This document shows positions 11,701-24,726 of a stretch of 64,000 nucleotides of DNA, piece after piece. Both the position numbers and the translations under genes were made by a program. Within the stretch, counting starts at the first letter, position 1. Every line of letters begins with the position of its first letter. This stretch comes from Octopus sinensis (lineage: Eukaryota), in the NCBI RefSeq assembly GCF_006345805.1, contig NC_042999.1:82770001-82834000 (forward strand), given 5' to 3'. Below the pieces are notes generated by a model that did not search any database, had not been told where the DNA came from, and worked only from the letters and a program-made list of their open reading frames with translations.

Positions 11701-13237
11701 TGCACAAACACAGGGTTCCCATCGGTTATTCTCACAACAAGCCGCTGGTTGTCAAGGAAGCACAAGTCACATGTCCATTACTTAATCTTGATAGTGCCTT
11801 AACGGCAAATACATATAAACCACACCTAAAGAAATTATTGGTTAATATGTATGGAAGTACTATATTTATTTTTAAAAACGTAAGACAACAAGCAATCGAT
11901 AACAACGGAGCGAATTAGAAGATGGCATTCAAATAAACTGGCATTGAATAGAATATCTCCTCCCACGGGGTGACACTGAAGCATTCAGTTTTAAGGTTGT
12001 TCCTTTAAGATGGTTCATAACCAGGATCTCATCCAGTCTGTTGTAAAATACTACGTTTAGTCTAGAGTGAACAAAATCTATCAGTCACCACATGTGATTT
12101 GTCATTAGCTTGTTAAATGCAGATACAGTACCTGTATGACATGGAACCTTCCCTATAATAACTTTCGGTACTAGTGATTATTTCTCAGAGCTTTCGAAAC
12201 TGATGAGGTTTATGCAGATATCCGTTAGCCTGAAGATAAGTTTTATATCAACATTTTTGGGGGTTTTTTTTTTAAGAAAATGAGAATGTGAAGTGGGGAA
12301 GAATTCAGAAAGTTAAAGTTTAATGGAGAAATAACTGTGAAAATTTGCTTAACGTTGTGTCAGAAATAAGACACTGCAATGGTCGATGGGGAAAGCAAAA
12401 ACACGTTGGAATAGTGAACCTGGTTGGAGACGGCATAAAGTTGGCTTGTTCAGAAGAGCAGATGACATGATGGTACCTATATAAATGGCAGAGAGAAGAA
12501 AGATCATAACTTCAGGCCAGTGGATGAGACATGTTCGTCTGTGAATCATTGCCAATGAATCGAGAGATCGTCAAGATGCAGGCTAGGATGCTTGTGATGT
12601 AGCGACAACATTGATCCATAGATATGAAAGGTACTATAATGTAGGTCTTTTTTGAGTTTTCGGGGACCAGGTATTCCCTGTCTCTAAAAGGGAATCACTA
12701 TCTTTGTGGTGCGTTTTTGACAAGTTATAGTATCGTGACACACATGACTGAAAGGGGGTAAAAAGGTTGGGTTAGTCTAAAGTTACCTTCTAATATTGCA
12801 TTTCATTCAAGATGCGGCGGCTCAAGCTAAAAAGGGAGGAGAATGGGAAGGCAGCAGAGGAGAAGAAGAAGAAGAAGAAGAAGAAGAAGAAGAAGGGGTG
12901 TATATTTCACGCTAATTTTAATTTAATTTATTTTATTTTATTGGCCTTTAGGTGTTTTCATTTCAGAAATCCTATGGGTGGAGGGTCACAATACGAAGTT
13001 TTTTTTTGTTTTTTTTTTTTACATTTTTGTAACATTATCACATTCATGTGAATCATATCATTTACTTACTTGCTTACGCATTGCAGTCTAACTGGTGCCA
13101 AGTGAATTTCGTACATTTGAACAATAAAACTCTTAGTAAAGTGATCTTATTACTTGCCAACAAAGCAGGTAACCTTGAACGAGCAAATATACAAAGATGA
13201 TAGATAATAAATTCAACAAATCCAGCTTTAGATTTCA

Positions 13238-13268
<31 letters not shown>

Positions 13269-13392
13269 TAATAATAATAATAATGATAATAATAATAATG
13301 ATTCGGTTGGTAAGTTTAGTGGAGCTTGGCGTTATATTGTATGCTCATATATATACTCATCCACATATTATATGTGTATATATAATACTCAT

Positions 13393-13433
<41 letters not shown>

Positions 13434-13503
13434 TACATATATCTATCTATGTATGTATATATATGTATATATACATATATCTATCTATGTATGTATATAT
13501 ATG

Positions 13504-13534
<31 letters not shown>

Positions 13535-13605
13535 GTGTGTGTATGTGTGTGTGTGTGTGTGTGTATATATATGTATATATATATATGAATGTATATATAT
13601 ATAAT

Positions 13606-13642
<37 letters not shown>

Positions 13643-14086
13643 CAGTTTTAGTCCATGCGTGTAAGAATCAGTGTGGCGGCATTATTTTGTTTAACCGTGC
13701 AGAGAAAGTTACGTCTGAAGGCTGGAAACATTACTTTTATCTTTCTTGTTTTTCTGTTTCTAATAACGTAAATTACGAAGAAAAACTTCTTCTTTATCTG
13801 TCTTTCTTTGTGTATGTGTGCATTTTTTTCTTTTTTTTTTTGTTCTCCCTTTTAAGAGAAATTGCCAAATGAGGCTATTATGGCAATTTTTTGAAAAGCA
13901 AACAGACGTGTTTTACAAACTGATATTTACTAAAATCAGCAAAATCTACAATCTTTATTTGCAGACAGTATTTACTTTTTCTTTGAGTGGACTCACTAAC
14001 CTTTATCGCTAAAAAATTATCCATCTGGGTGGTCCCGATAAAGTACAATGTGTTAATGTATAAGTATACATACATACATACATACA

Positions 14087-14124
<38 letters not shown>

Positions 14125-14177
14125 ACAAATATATATAGGTAAAAATGTAGATATACATATGTATGTGTATGTGCATT

Positions 14178-14233
<56 letters not shown>

Positions 14234-14270
14234 GACAGACAGACAGACAGACAGATATATATATATATAT

Positions 14271-14372
14271 AGGTACATGTGCGGTAAGAAGGTTGCTTCC
14301 CAACTATACGGTTCCGAGTTCAGTCCCAATGCGTGACACCTTGGGCAAGTATCTTCTACTATAACCAAAGCC
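14271..14372 (+). mobile_element. SINE family A head fragment
   Basis: GTGCGGTAAGAAGGTTGCTTCCCAAC..GAGTTCAGTCCC..CCTTGGGCAAGT. Confidence 0.75.
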
Positions 14373-14377
14373 TGTGG

Positions 14378-14400
<23 letters not shown>

Positions 14401-14408
<8 letters not shown>

Positions 14409-15130
14409 ATGAGGGTGTCTAAAAGACACCAACATGCCGAAATAGCAGTCGAAACACTGACTATAGTACCACGTTAAATGTTCATATCGCACCATGAGGT
14501 AAATCGGAGGGACAAAACATACAAGCAAAAATTAATGAATAATTCAAGATCCAAGGATTTCTGGTTCTGCTTTAGATAAGCTTTACCGTCATCAATTGAA
14601 TATATCAAGGGTACATAAATACAGATATATATATGCACAGCAAACGATATACTTACATATACGAGCGTCGTACATACATACATATGCACGTATGGACACA
14701 GCCAGTCTGAATCGCCCACCAAATCACCGCATAAGTACGACATGGTTAAAATAAGCACCGCAGTGAATATAATAACGAATTATATAAATTTATATATGAG
14801 GATAATATCGATATTTAAGTGTCGAAATTATCAAGTGGCCAGCATGAAAGAAATACCTTACAAAGGTAAAAAAAATTTTAACAATTAAAAATGAGGGTGT
14901 CTAAAAGACACCAACATGCCGAAATAGCAGTCGAACCTCATGGTGCGATATGAACATTTAACGTGGTACTATAGTCAGTGTTTCGACTGCTATTTCGGCA
15001 TGTTGGTGTCTTTTAGACACCCTCATTTTTAATTGTTAAAATTTTTTTTACCTTTGTAAGGTATTTCTTTCATACTGGCCACTTGATAATTTCGACACTT
15101 AAATATCGATATTATCCTCATATATAAATT
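14401..15130 (-). mobile_element. Penelope-type pLTR-like unit (482-bp period) with terminal inversion
   Basis: Direct repeat 14401-14453 = 14883-14935. Inverted arms 14787-14935 / 14981-15130 show one visible mismatch. Flanked by (TA)n and contains a hammerhead relic. Confidence 0.7.
14542..14601 (-). ncRNA. Degenerate type I hammerhead motif
   Basis: Minus strand ATTCAA-TTGATGA-CGGT..ACCA-GAAA-TCC TT GGA-TC-TTGAAT. Perfect 6-bp stem I, stem III ATCC/GGAT, C3U change. Confidence 0.55.
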
Positions 15131-15136
15131 TATATA

Positions 15137-15188
<52 letters not shown>

Positions 15189-15481
15189 GTATAAATATAT
15201 ATATATGTATATGTATATATATGTATATGTATATGTATGTATATGTATATATATATATGTATGTATATATATATATATGTATATATATATATGTATATAT
15301 ATGTATATATGTATATATATATGTATATATGTATATATATATGTGTGTATATATATGTATATATATATGTATATATATATGTATATGTATGTATATATAT
15401 ATATGTATATATATGTGTATATATATACATATATATACATGTATATAACATATATATATGTATATATATACATATATATAT
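15131..15481. repeat. (TA/TATG)n microsatellite
   Basis: Direct inspection. Confidence 0.95.
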
Positions 15482-16300
15482 AACCGCTCACAGCCTCTAA
15501 CAATATCAGAGACCTGGGTGTAATTGTTGATGACGATCTCAGTTGGAGTGCACACATCAACAAGAAGGTCGATATAGCTCGTAGGATGAGTTCCTGGATC
15601 TTAAGAACTTTCCGGTCCAGAGAACAAGGTGTCATCATACCACTTTTCTCCTCCTTTGTATGGCCACACCTCGAATACTGCTGCCCACTGTGGTCTCCCC
15701 ATACAAGACAAAACATCTCGAGGATTGAATCACCCCAGAGGGCACTCACTAAACGAATTGAAGGCATGGCTGCTCTCGATTATTGGGATCGCCTTAAAGC
15801 CTTGAAACTCTACTCTCTCCAGCGTCGCCGTGAGCGGCACATCATTTGTACGATGTGGAGAATATACCGCCAACTTTGTCCAAACGACCTGAACATTAGC
15901 TTCAAGGTTCATCCAAGACTGGGACCACGGGCCATACGTCCCCTGCCCAATTCAAGATCACAGCATACATGTACACTGCAACAATTTCTTTTCCTCAACA
16001 GGAAAATTTCTTTTCAACAATTTCTTTTCCCCTATTTAACATTGTCCCGAAAGAAATCAAAGAGGAAAAGGATCCCATCAACTTTAAACGGAGTCTGGAT
16101 AGATTCCTTCAAAGAATACCAGATAAGCCACCCATAATTGGATACAACTCACCCAACAACAACTCACTACTTGAATGGACCATAAACAAAACTTGACTTA
16201 AACAGGATTCGAATAATCCTATCAGGTGGTGCTATTAAGTTAGACATGGCCTGGACCAATCTTTGGTCGAAACATATCTAAGTTTATCTAAGTCTAAGTT
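15482..16300 (+). mobile_element. 5'-truncated CR1-like LINE (ORF2 C-terminus, 3' UTR, TCTAAG tail repeats)
   Basis: [33 protein letters not shown] and RLKALKLYSLQRRRER. Short internal duplication of CAACAATTTCTTTTCC near 15980-16030; ends in TCTAAG-like repeats. Confidence 0.88.
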
Positions 16301-16552
16301 TATATATATATATATATATATTCTTGTGGGAGGCATAGTAGACGAATGCTTAAAAAAATTTTCGTAATCACTAAGTTGCAGGTTCCATTGCGTGGTGTAG
16401 AATCTTCGGCAATAACCTGTTATCATATCCTTCAACTGAGCCTAAGTCTTGTAAATACATGGCACTATAATGTATCAGACACTTGAAGTGACTTAGACTC
16501 TACCAGAAGTATACTAAAAGGGTATACGCGTCTGTGGAATTCACTCTATAAT

Positions 16553-16632
16553 TGCCCATTGGCATATAGTGGTTAAGAGCGCGGGCTACTAACCCCTAGA
16601 TTGCGAGTTCAGTTCCACGCAGTGCCTTGAAT
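16553..16632 (+). mobile_element. tRNA-like head of the composite AAT/hammerhead element
   Basis: TGGCATATAGTGGTTAAG A box, GGG-CTACTAA-CCC anticodon-like arm and GAGTTCAGTTCC B box. The 3' half matches 5851-5892 (minus). Confidence 0.7.
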
Positions 16633-16634
16633 AA

Positions 16635-16694
<60 letters not shown>

Positions 16695-16695
<1 letters not shown>

Positions 16696-18633
16696 CAACT
16701 ACTCATCAATAAGATGATCTTAGAAGATTGTCACAAACGACACAAAAACTTATCAATAGCCTGGATAGACTATAAAAAGGCTTTTGATAGCCTACCACAT
16801 AGCTGGATTAGGAAATGCCTGGAAATGTATAAGATAGCACCTACTCTGCGAAACTTCTTGACTGTAAGTATGAGATCATGGAGAACCACACTAACTCTGA
16901 ACAGTTACAATGAATCTCTAAATGCTGGTGATGTAAAAATTTCGTGTGGCATTTTCCAGGGTGACTCACTGTCACCACTCCTCTTTTGTTTAGCCTTAAT
17001 ACCTCTCTCAAAGCTGCTCAATGATGCGCAGTATGGGTATAAAATGTTTGATAAAAATATAAATCATCTCATTTACATGGATAATTTAAAGCTTTTTGCA
17101 AAAAATGACCAACAACTCAAGGGCTTACTAGCGATAGTCAAACAATTCAGTGACGACATCAGAATGCAATTCGGCCTCGATAAATGTGCAAAAGCTACCT
17201 TTATCAAAGGAAAAATGACAGAAACATCTAACGTTAACCTTGACCAGCAGAATGTCATAAAAGAACTAGACCCAGCGGAGAGCTACAAGTACCTAGGGGT
17301 AATTGAAGGGAATGGAATAAGGCATTCAGAGATGAAGGAAAGGATCAGGAGAGAATGCTATCGAAGAGTGAGAGCAATACTCAAGACAGAGCTGAATGCA
17401 AGAAATAGGATCGAAGCGATCAATGCATTAGCTATACCAGTCGTGACTTACAGTTTCAATATTGTTAACTGGTCAATTACTGAAATATGTCAGCTCGACA
17501 GAAAAATAAGGAAACTGTTGACAATGCATAGAATGCACCACCCTAAGGCAGATACAGAACGACTCTATCTGCCAAGAAAAGAGGGAGGCCATGGTATTTT
17601 ACAACTGGCAATAACAATGAAGATTGCTACAATTGGCCTAGACACCTACCTGAAAAACTCTGAGGACTGGATGTTAAAACTTGTCTCAAAACATGAAAAC
17701 AAGAAAGCATCATACTCAGTCACAAAACAGGCAAAGGAATATCTAAGTGAATTCCGAATACAACCAATTTCGGAATTAGAGATAGACATACAAGAAACAA
17801 GCACAGAAAAAGCTAAGCGCATGAAAACCCGTGCCAAAACTGCGGCCTTAGATATTCTGAATAATAAATGGCAAGAAAAACCTCTCTATGGCAAATACCC
17901 AAAGAGAGCGAATAATGCAGATATTGACAAAGCCCTGACCCATCAATGGCTAATGGCCTCTGGCTTAAAATCTGAAACAGAGGGGTTTATCATAGCAGCT
18001 CAAGATCAATGCCTACCAACAAGAAACTACCAGGCCAACATATTAAAGAACGGCAGTAGCCCAACATGTCGTGTATGCCGACAACAAAATGAAACCATTG
18101 ATCATGTTGTCTCCAAATGCAGTATTCTAGCGCCTACAGAGTACCTCAACAGGCATGATAGAGCTGAACAATATATTCACTGGGTAATTTACAAAAACCT
18201 GGATTTGCCCCATGAAAAAAACTGGTGGGAACACAATCCACCTCCAGTGCTTGAAAATGACCACATCTCACTCCTCTGGAACTTCACCATTCAAACTGAC
18301 AGGAAGATAGATGCAAATAGGCCAGACATCATATTGAAAGACTTCAGACAAAGAACATGCCTCCTCATTGATATGACTGTCCCAATCGATATAAACGTAT
18401 CTGTCAAGACCTACCAAAAACTGAGCAAATATAAAGTTCTTGAAATAGAAATCAGCAAAATGTGGAAGCTGAAGACTAAAACAATACCTGTTGTCATAGG
18501 TGCCCTGGGAATGATAGCGAAAGGGACTAATTGCTACCTAACTCAGATACCAGGAAACCCCAAAATGGCAGAAATTCAAAAGATAGTGCTCATGGGAACT
18601 GCTCATATCTTACGCAAAATACTCTCTATGTAA
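16695..18633 (+). pseudogene. RT, CCHC zinc knuckle and restriction-like endonuclease ORF (about 645 aa, no stops)
   Basis: WIDYKKAFDS, GIFQGDSLSPLLF, YMDNLKLF (catalytic YxDD read as YMDN), YKYLG, CRVC..ETIDHVVSKC, RHD, RPDII..D..K..KY. Confidence 0.92.
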
Positions 18634-18846
18634 TCCCAAGGTTTAAAACAAACTTTTTCTTTATTTATTTATTTATTATTATTTTTATTTATTTTTTTTT
18701 TTTTTCATGTATTAGACATTCACTAGTACAACACCAAAACAAAACCCCCAAATATATGGCACAGAACTTCCAACCTGTTGTCTCTTGAGGTTTCTGGGTG
18801 AGACTTGGAGCCAACTTGTACAGACATAAAGCAAAAGTCAAACATA

Positions 18847-18847
<1 letters not shown>
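16695..18847 (+). mobile_element. 5'-truncated R4/Dong-like RLE non-LTR retrotransposon within (AAT)n
   Basis: Open frame from the RT domain to a stop at 18633, then about 215 bp of 3' UTR; (AAT)n on both sides. Confidence 0.93.
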
Positions 18848-18936
<89 letters not shown>

Positions 18937-18943
18937 GAATAAC

Positions 18944-18983
<40 letters not shown>

Positions 18984-19137
18984 TATCAGCAGAAAATACC
19001 TTAGAAATGCGAAATCAGGGTTAGGTTCAAAATTCCACCAAGACACCTGATGAAGACTGGAGAATAGATCAGCCGAAACGTTGTGGTAACAACAAACAAG
19101 ATGAGGACACATATCCGTCCAATGTAAATAATGAATA
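18848..19137 (+). mobile_element. (AAT/AAC)n plus hammerhead tail of the composite element
   Basis: AAAATACCTTAG..GACACCTGATGAAG..CAGCCGAAACGTTG..GATGAGGAC..ATCCGTC.AATGTAAATAATG is homologous to 5183-5328 (minus). Confidence 0.8.
19042..19087 (+). ncRNA. Decayed hammerhead motif (same family as 5911)
   Basis: Core CTGATGA and GAAACGTT intact; mismatches in stems I and II. Confidence 0.6.
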
Positions 19138-20213
19138 CTCTTTCACTTACAGACTAGTTCAGTCAGCAGGTAATTCAGAAGATCAAACAGCTGACTACTC
19201 ATTAGTCTACGGAGATCCGTTTACTTTGCAGATTTATTAAAATAATATATTTTTATGAAACCAGTGGTGTCCCTTAGCTGACAGTTAATACAAGGGAGAT
19301 AATCATTTCTTCATAATGTTAGCGAAATTACAAACTTGAACTTGAAATTAAAGAATAAAGAAAAAGATATATAAAACACACATTGTCATGGAGGAGAATA
19401 CGGATATTGGTTGAGGTTTATGATAAAGAAAATATTTATTCGTTTCATAAACAAAGAAAAATATCGTTAATAGGAACGACAAAACGTCAACAGAGTTTGA
19501 ACATTACTGTTTTTGATGTGATTGTAGCAGCAAAGTGTGGTTAGCGGATGCTGGTGTCAGTGTCGCCGTTTGTTCATTGTCTAGCTGCTGTCACATTGGG
19601 CCAGCTGCTGTCACCTTGGACCAGCTGGCCACCGTCTTCTTTTCAAATTCCTCTAACCATTTTTCGGGTGTTAATTCCCATTCCATAACTTTGTTTTTTT
19701 GCCATGTGAAAAAATTAAAAGTTCTAAACACAGTCCACAAAAATTCAAATAATCAAGAGAAAAAACAGAAAGAAAGTCTTAACAAAAAGGAAGAAAAATA
19801 AAATAAACAGTTCAATACAGCGTTTCAAAATTTAAAAGACAGAAGAAGAGAGAGCGAGAGTTCAAAGCATAGCAAAAAAAAATTTTGGACCACACAGTAC
19901 TCCTAGCCTTCAACTGGAACACAGTTTTTTTCTCAATTCTTGTCTAATTCCTCGAATTTTTTAAAAATAAATCCCACGAAGTTAAACAGGAACAGTTCTC
20001 AAAAATAATTGACAATAACACAATTCTCAAATCAAATTAAATTGGAGACGGGACACGCCTCCAAACAGCAGTTCTCACAATTAAGTGAGAAAAACAAACT
20101 GCTCTACCGCAGGCAGACCAATGCCCAGAATCCAGTGAGGACTCCTTACTTGTACAAAAAATAAATCTCACAAACAACGAACCCCACTGGACCCAAAAAT
20201 CAAAAAGTCTTAC

Positions 20214-20290
20214 CTTACAGCAGAGCATCTTTCAGTAACAATTTTCGTCTGCTGTAAACCAGCGTGACGACTTCGATGGTAAAATGAAGA
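20214..20290 (-). other. Candidate non-coding first exon of an unidentified minus-strand gene
   Basis: Strong donor AAG|GTAAGA at 20214/20213 within about 1.3 kb of repeat-free DNA with strand-biased T tracts. No expression evidence. Confidence 0.25.
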
Positions 20291-20539
20291 CAACTGAATT
20301 CATTTATTTTGAATTCATTTATTTTGTTCATTGCATGCTTAAGACCGTTAATTGAAAGGACCAATGAAACAAATCCATTTTTAAAGGCGTATCCTTTAAC
20401 TAGTTTTGATTATATCGTTATTTCTGTTTCATTTTAACAAAACTAACCAACGAACAGGAACGTGAAACTCTGAGTAACAGCTTTTGTTATATTTCTGTTG
20501 CTTTTAAATAAAGTATATATATATATATACACGACAGGT

Positions 20540-20672
20540 GTCTTTCAATTTTTGTCTCTCGAATCCACTCATAACGCTTTGGTCGGCCCGAGGCTATAGC
20601 AGAGAACACTTGCCCATGGTACTACGCAGTGTGATTGAACCTTGAACCATATGGTTGAGAATCAAGCTTGTT
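20540..20672 (-). mobile_element. SINE family A fragment
   Basis: Reverse complement of the family A head. Confidence 0.7.
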
Positions 20673-20696
20673 ATCACACAACGATACCTATGTATG

Positions 20697-20727
<31 letters not shown>

Positions 20728-20804
20728 ATGTATATATATGTATGCCGGTATATATATATGTATGTATATGTTAGTATATATATATATGTGTGTGTGTGTC
20801 TGTG

Positions 20805-20844
<40 letters not shown>

Positions 20845-20847
20845 GTG

Positions 20848-20899
<52 letters not shown>

Positions 20900-21339
20900 C
20901 GTATTCTTACTGACAGATCTTTTCACTCTTGCTCTACATCTCGGTATACCCATCAGTATTCACATATTAGAATTAATCTTATTTTAATTAAAGGAGGAAA
21001 CCCTGAATTTCTTCGGCCCACATTGGTAACGCTTTCCTGTATAAATGCTTAAATGTATTTGTTTTCCCAAATAAATTTCACTTCATGATTGAGGCTCTGA
21101 TGAAACTGTTTGAGTCTCTGATGAAACTTGGGCACTCAACTATGAGTCCACCGCATGTTATAATGGAAACAGCTGTAAGCTAATGAAATTCATAAGATAA
21201 TCGTTTATTCCTTTGTCATTTTTTACTTAATCCCGCGCTGTGCGTATGCTTCTTCCAAAAGTATACGTATACTAATTTTTACACCGGGTTATTACTATTG
21301 CAATATCTAACCGAAATTTTAGTTTCAAATTCTGGCACA

Positions 21340-21475
21340 AGACTAGCAAGTTTAGCAGGGGGTTAAGTTGATTACATCGCCCCCAGTACTCAACTGGTAC
21401 TTACTTTATCGACTCCGAAAGGACGAATGGCAAATCCTTGGCGGAATTTGAAGTCAGAACGCTCTAAGCGAAATA
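21340..21475 (-). mobile_element. SINE family B-like fragment
   Basis: CAACTGGTACTTACTTTATCGACTCCGAAAGGACGAATGGC..GCGGAATTTGAA is the reverse complement of the family B body. Confidence 0.65.
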
Positions 21476-22041
21476 TTAAGATACATATATATTCATGTAC
21501 ATATATAAGATACACATATGAATATGTACATGTATGTATATGTATGTGTTTATCCTCAACTTCAGCAGACAAACACTCTTTCATTATGTGTGTGTATGTG
21601 TGTGTGCGCGCGTAAACGTGTATGCGTGCAAATATTTAAACGTGCTTTTACATATGTAATAATATATTTATGAGTGCGTGTGATGTCTGTGTTATGAAGG
21701 TTTGTATACCTTTGTATTATATTACTCTAGCTACACTGGCCTACATTATAATCTAACTGTCATATACATTCAAATTATAGATTAATCTCTTTTTGAGACT
21801 GGGACGTGACTAAAGGAGAGAGAGACAGAGAGAGAGGGAGAGAGAGAGCAAAGAAAGCGTAGTGGTTAGAATGAGATTCAATGAGTGTTGTGTGGCATAA
21901 GATGTATGTGTATGCGTGCATCGGTATGTGTGTGCGTGCATGGGTATGTGTGTGCGTACATGGGTATGTGAGAGAGAGAGAATTACACGTGTGCGCGCAC
22001 AGACGCACACTGAACAAACCACACACACACACACACACATG

Positions 22042-23202
<1,161 letters not shown>

Positions 23203-23576
23203 TGATTGATTGATAGATAGATAGGCAGGTAGGTAGGTAGGTAGTTAGGTAGGTAGATACATACATACATACATACATACATACATACATACATACATAC
23301 ATACATGCATACATACATAGACAGATAGATAGATATTATATGTTTGTGTACACGTATGTGTGTGTGTTAAGTAATTGATAGGAAATAGAGTTTACTGTAA
23401 GCTTTATTTATCACTACGATCGTTTCGACCTAGATCTGCACTGCTCCCTAGTGGGTGGGGAATGATATAATGGAATCGAATGCATCCCACAATGTAGAAG
23501 AAAACTCATCAGGTTACATTATATATTACAGTAATATATAACCTATATATATATATTTTTTCTTTTTCTTTTTTCT

Positions 23577-23800
23577 TTACTACCCACAAGGGGCTAAACA
23601 CAGAGGGGACAAACAAGGACAGACAAACGGATTAAGTCGACTACATGAACCCCAGTGCGTAACTGGTACTTAATTTATCGACCCCGAAAGGATGAAAGGC
23701 AAACTCGACCTCGGCGGAATTTGAACCCAGAACGTAACGGCAGACGAAATACGGCTACGCATTTCGCCCGGCGTGCTAACGTTTTTGCCAGCTCGCCGCC
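23577..23800 (-). mobile_element. SINE family B
   Basis: Full reverse-complement copy. Confidence 0.88.
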
Positions 23801-23807
23801 TATATAA

Positions 23808-23841
<34 letters not shown>

Positions 23842-23842
23842 A

Positions 23843-24250
23843 GTTGCAGGTATGGCTATGTGATAAGTAGCTTGTTCTTGCTTACGAACCACATGGTTCC
23901 GGGTTCAGTCCCACTGCGTGGCACTTTTGGCGAGTGTCTTCTACTATAGCTTCGGGTCGACCAAAGCCTTGTGAATGGATTTGATAGACGGAAACTGAAA
24001 GAAGTCTGTCGTATATGTGTGGGGGGATGCGTATGCGCGTGTGTGTGTGTTTCTGTGTCAGTGTGCGTCCAACCACTAACGCTTGACAACCGCTCTAAGT
24101 GTGTTTATGTCTCCGTAACTTAGCGTTCGGCAAAAGTGACCGATAGAATAAGTACTAGGCTTACAAAGGATAAGTCGTGGGGTCGATTTGTTCGACTACA
24201 GGTGGTACTCAAGCATGGCCGCAGTCAAATGACTGAAACAAATAAAAGAA
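23843..24250 (+). mobile_element. SINE family A
   Basis: Full head, central microsatellite and tail. Confidence 0.85.
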
Positions 24251-24265
24251 TATACATATATATAT

Positions 24266-24563
24266 CACCGTGACCGACCAGGCTATCAGATGTTGCTACA
24301 CATCGCTGGTCACAATGCGCTTCGCATTGTTTTAGCCTTCAAATGACGCCACCCCACCGGCCAAGCGAGCAGGCCAACAGAAGAAAGAGTGCGAAAAAGT
24401 TGTGGCGAAAGAGTACAGCAGGGATTGCCACCATCTCCTACCGAAGCCTCGTGGAGGTCTAGGTGCTTTCGCTCAATAAACACTCACAACGCCCGGTCCG
24501 AGAATCGAAACCACGATCCTACGACCGCGAGTCGATTGCCCGAACCACTAGGCCATTACGCCT

Positions 24564-24568
<5 letters not shown>
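24266..24568 (-). mobile_element. SINE family C
   Basis: Minus head GGCGTAATGGCCTAGTGGTT..GGTTTCGATTCTC; body shared with 32690-32985. Confidence 0.8.
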
Positions 24569-24602
<34 letters not shown>

Positions 24603-24668
24603 AAGAGACAGGCAGACAGGCAGGCAGGCAGGCAGGCAGACAGACAGACAGACAGACAGATAGATAAG

Positions 24669-24725
<57 letters not shown>

Positions 24726-24726
<1 letters not shown>

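Noticed and set aside
12340-12700. Minus-strand frame with GIPGP, faintly P450-like
   Set aside because: Interrupted by stops and no further P450 motifs.
12812-13051. ORF MRRLKLKREENGKAAEEKKKK
   Set aside because: Driven by a (GAA)n repeat; no domain recognised.
16470-16545. CTTGAAG..ACGCGTC possible hammerhead variant
   Set aside because: The core is broken and the 3' part matches the SINE C/D tail (GGGTACACGTGTCTGTGGAG).
16553-16632. Genuine tRNA gene
   Set aside because: Acceptor and T stems do not pair properly and it runs into (AAT)n, so it was treated as a SINE-like head.
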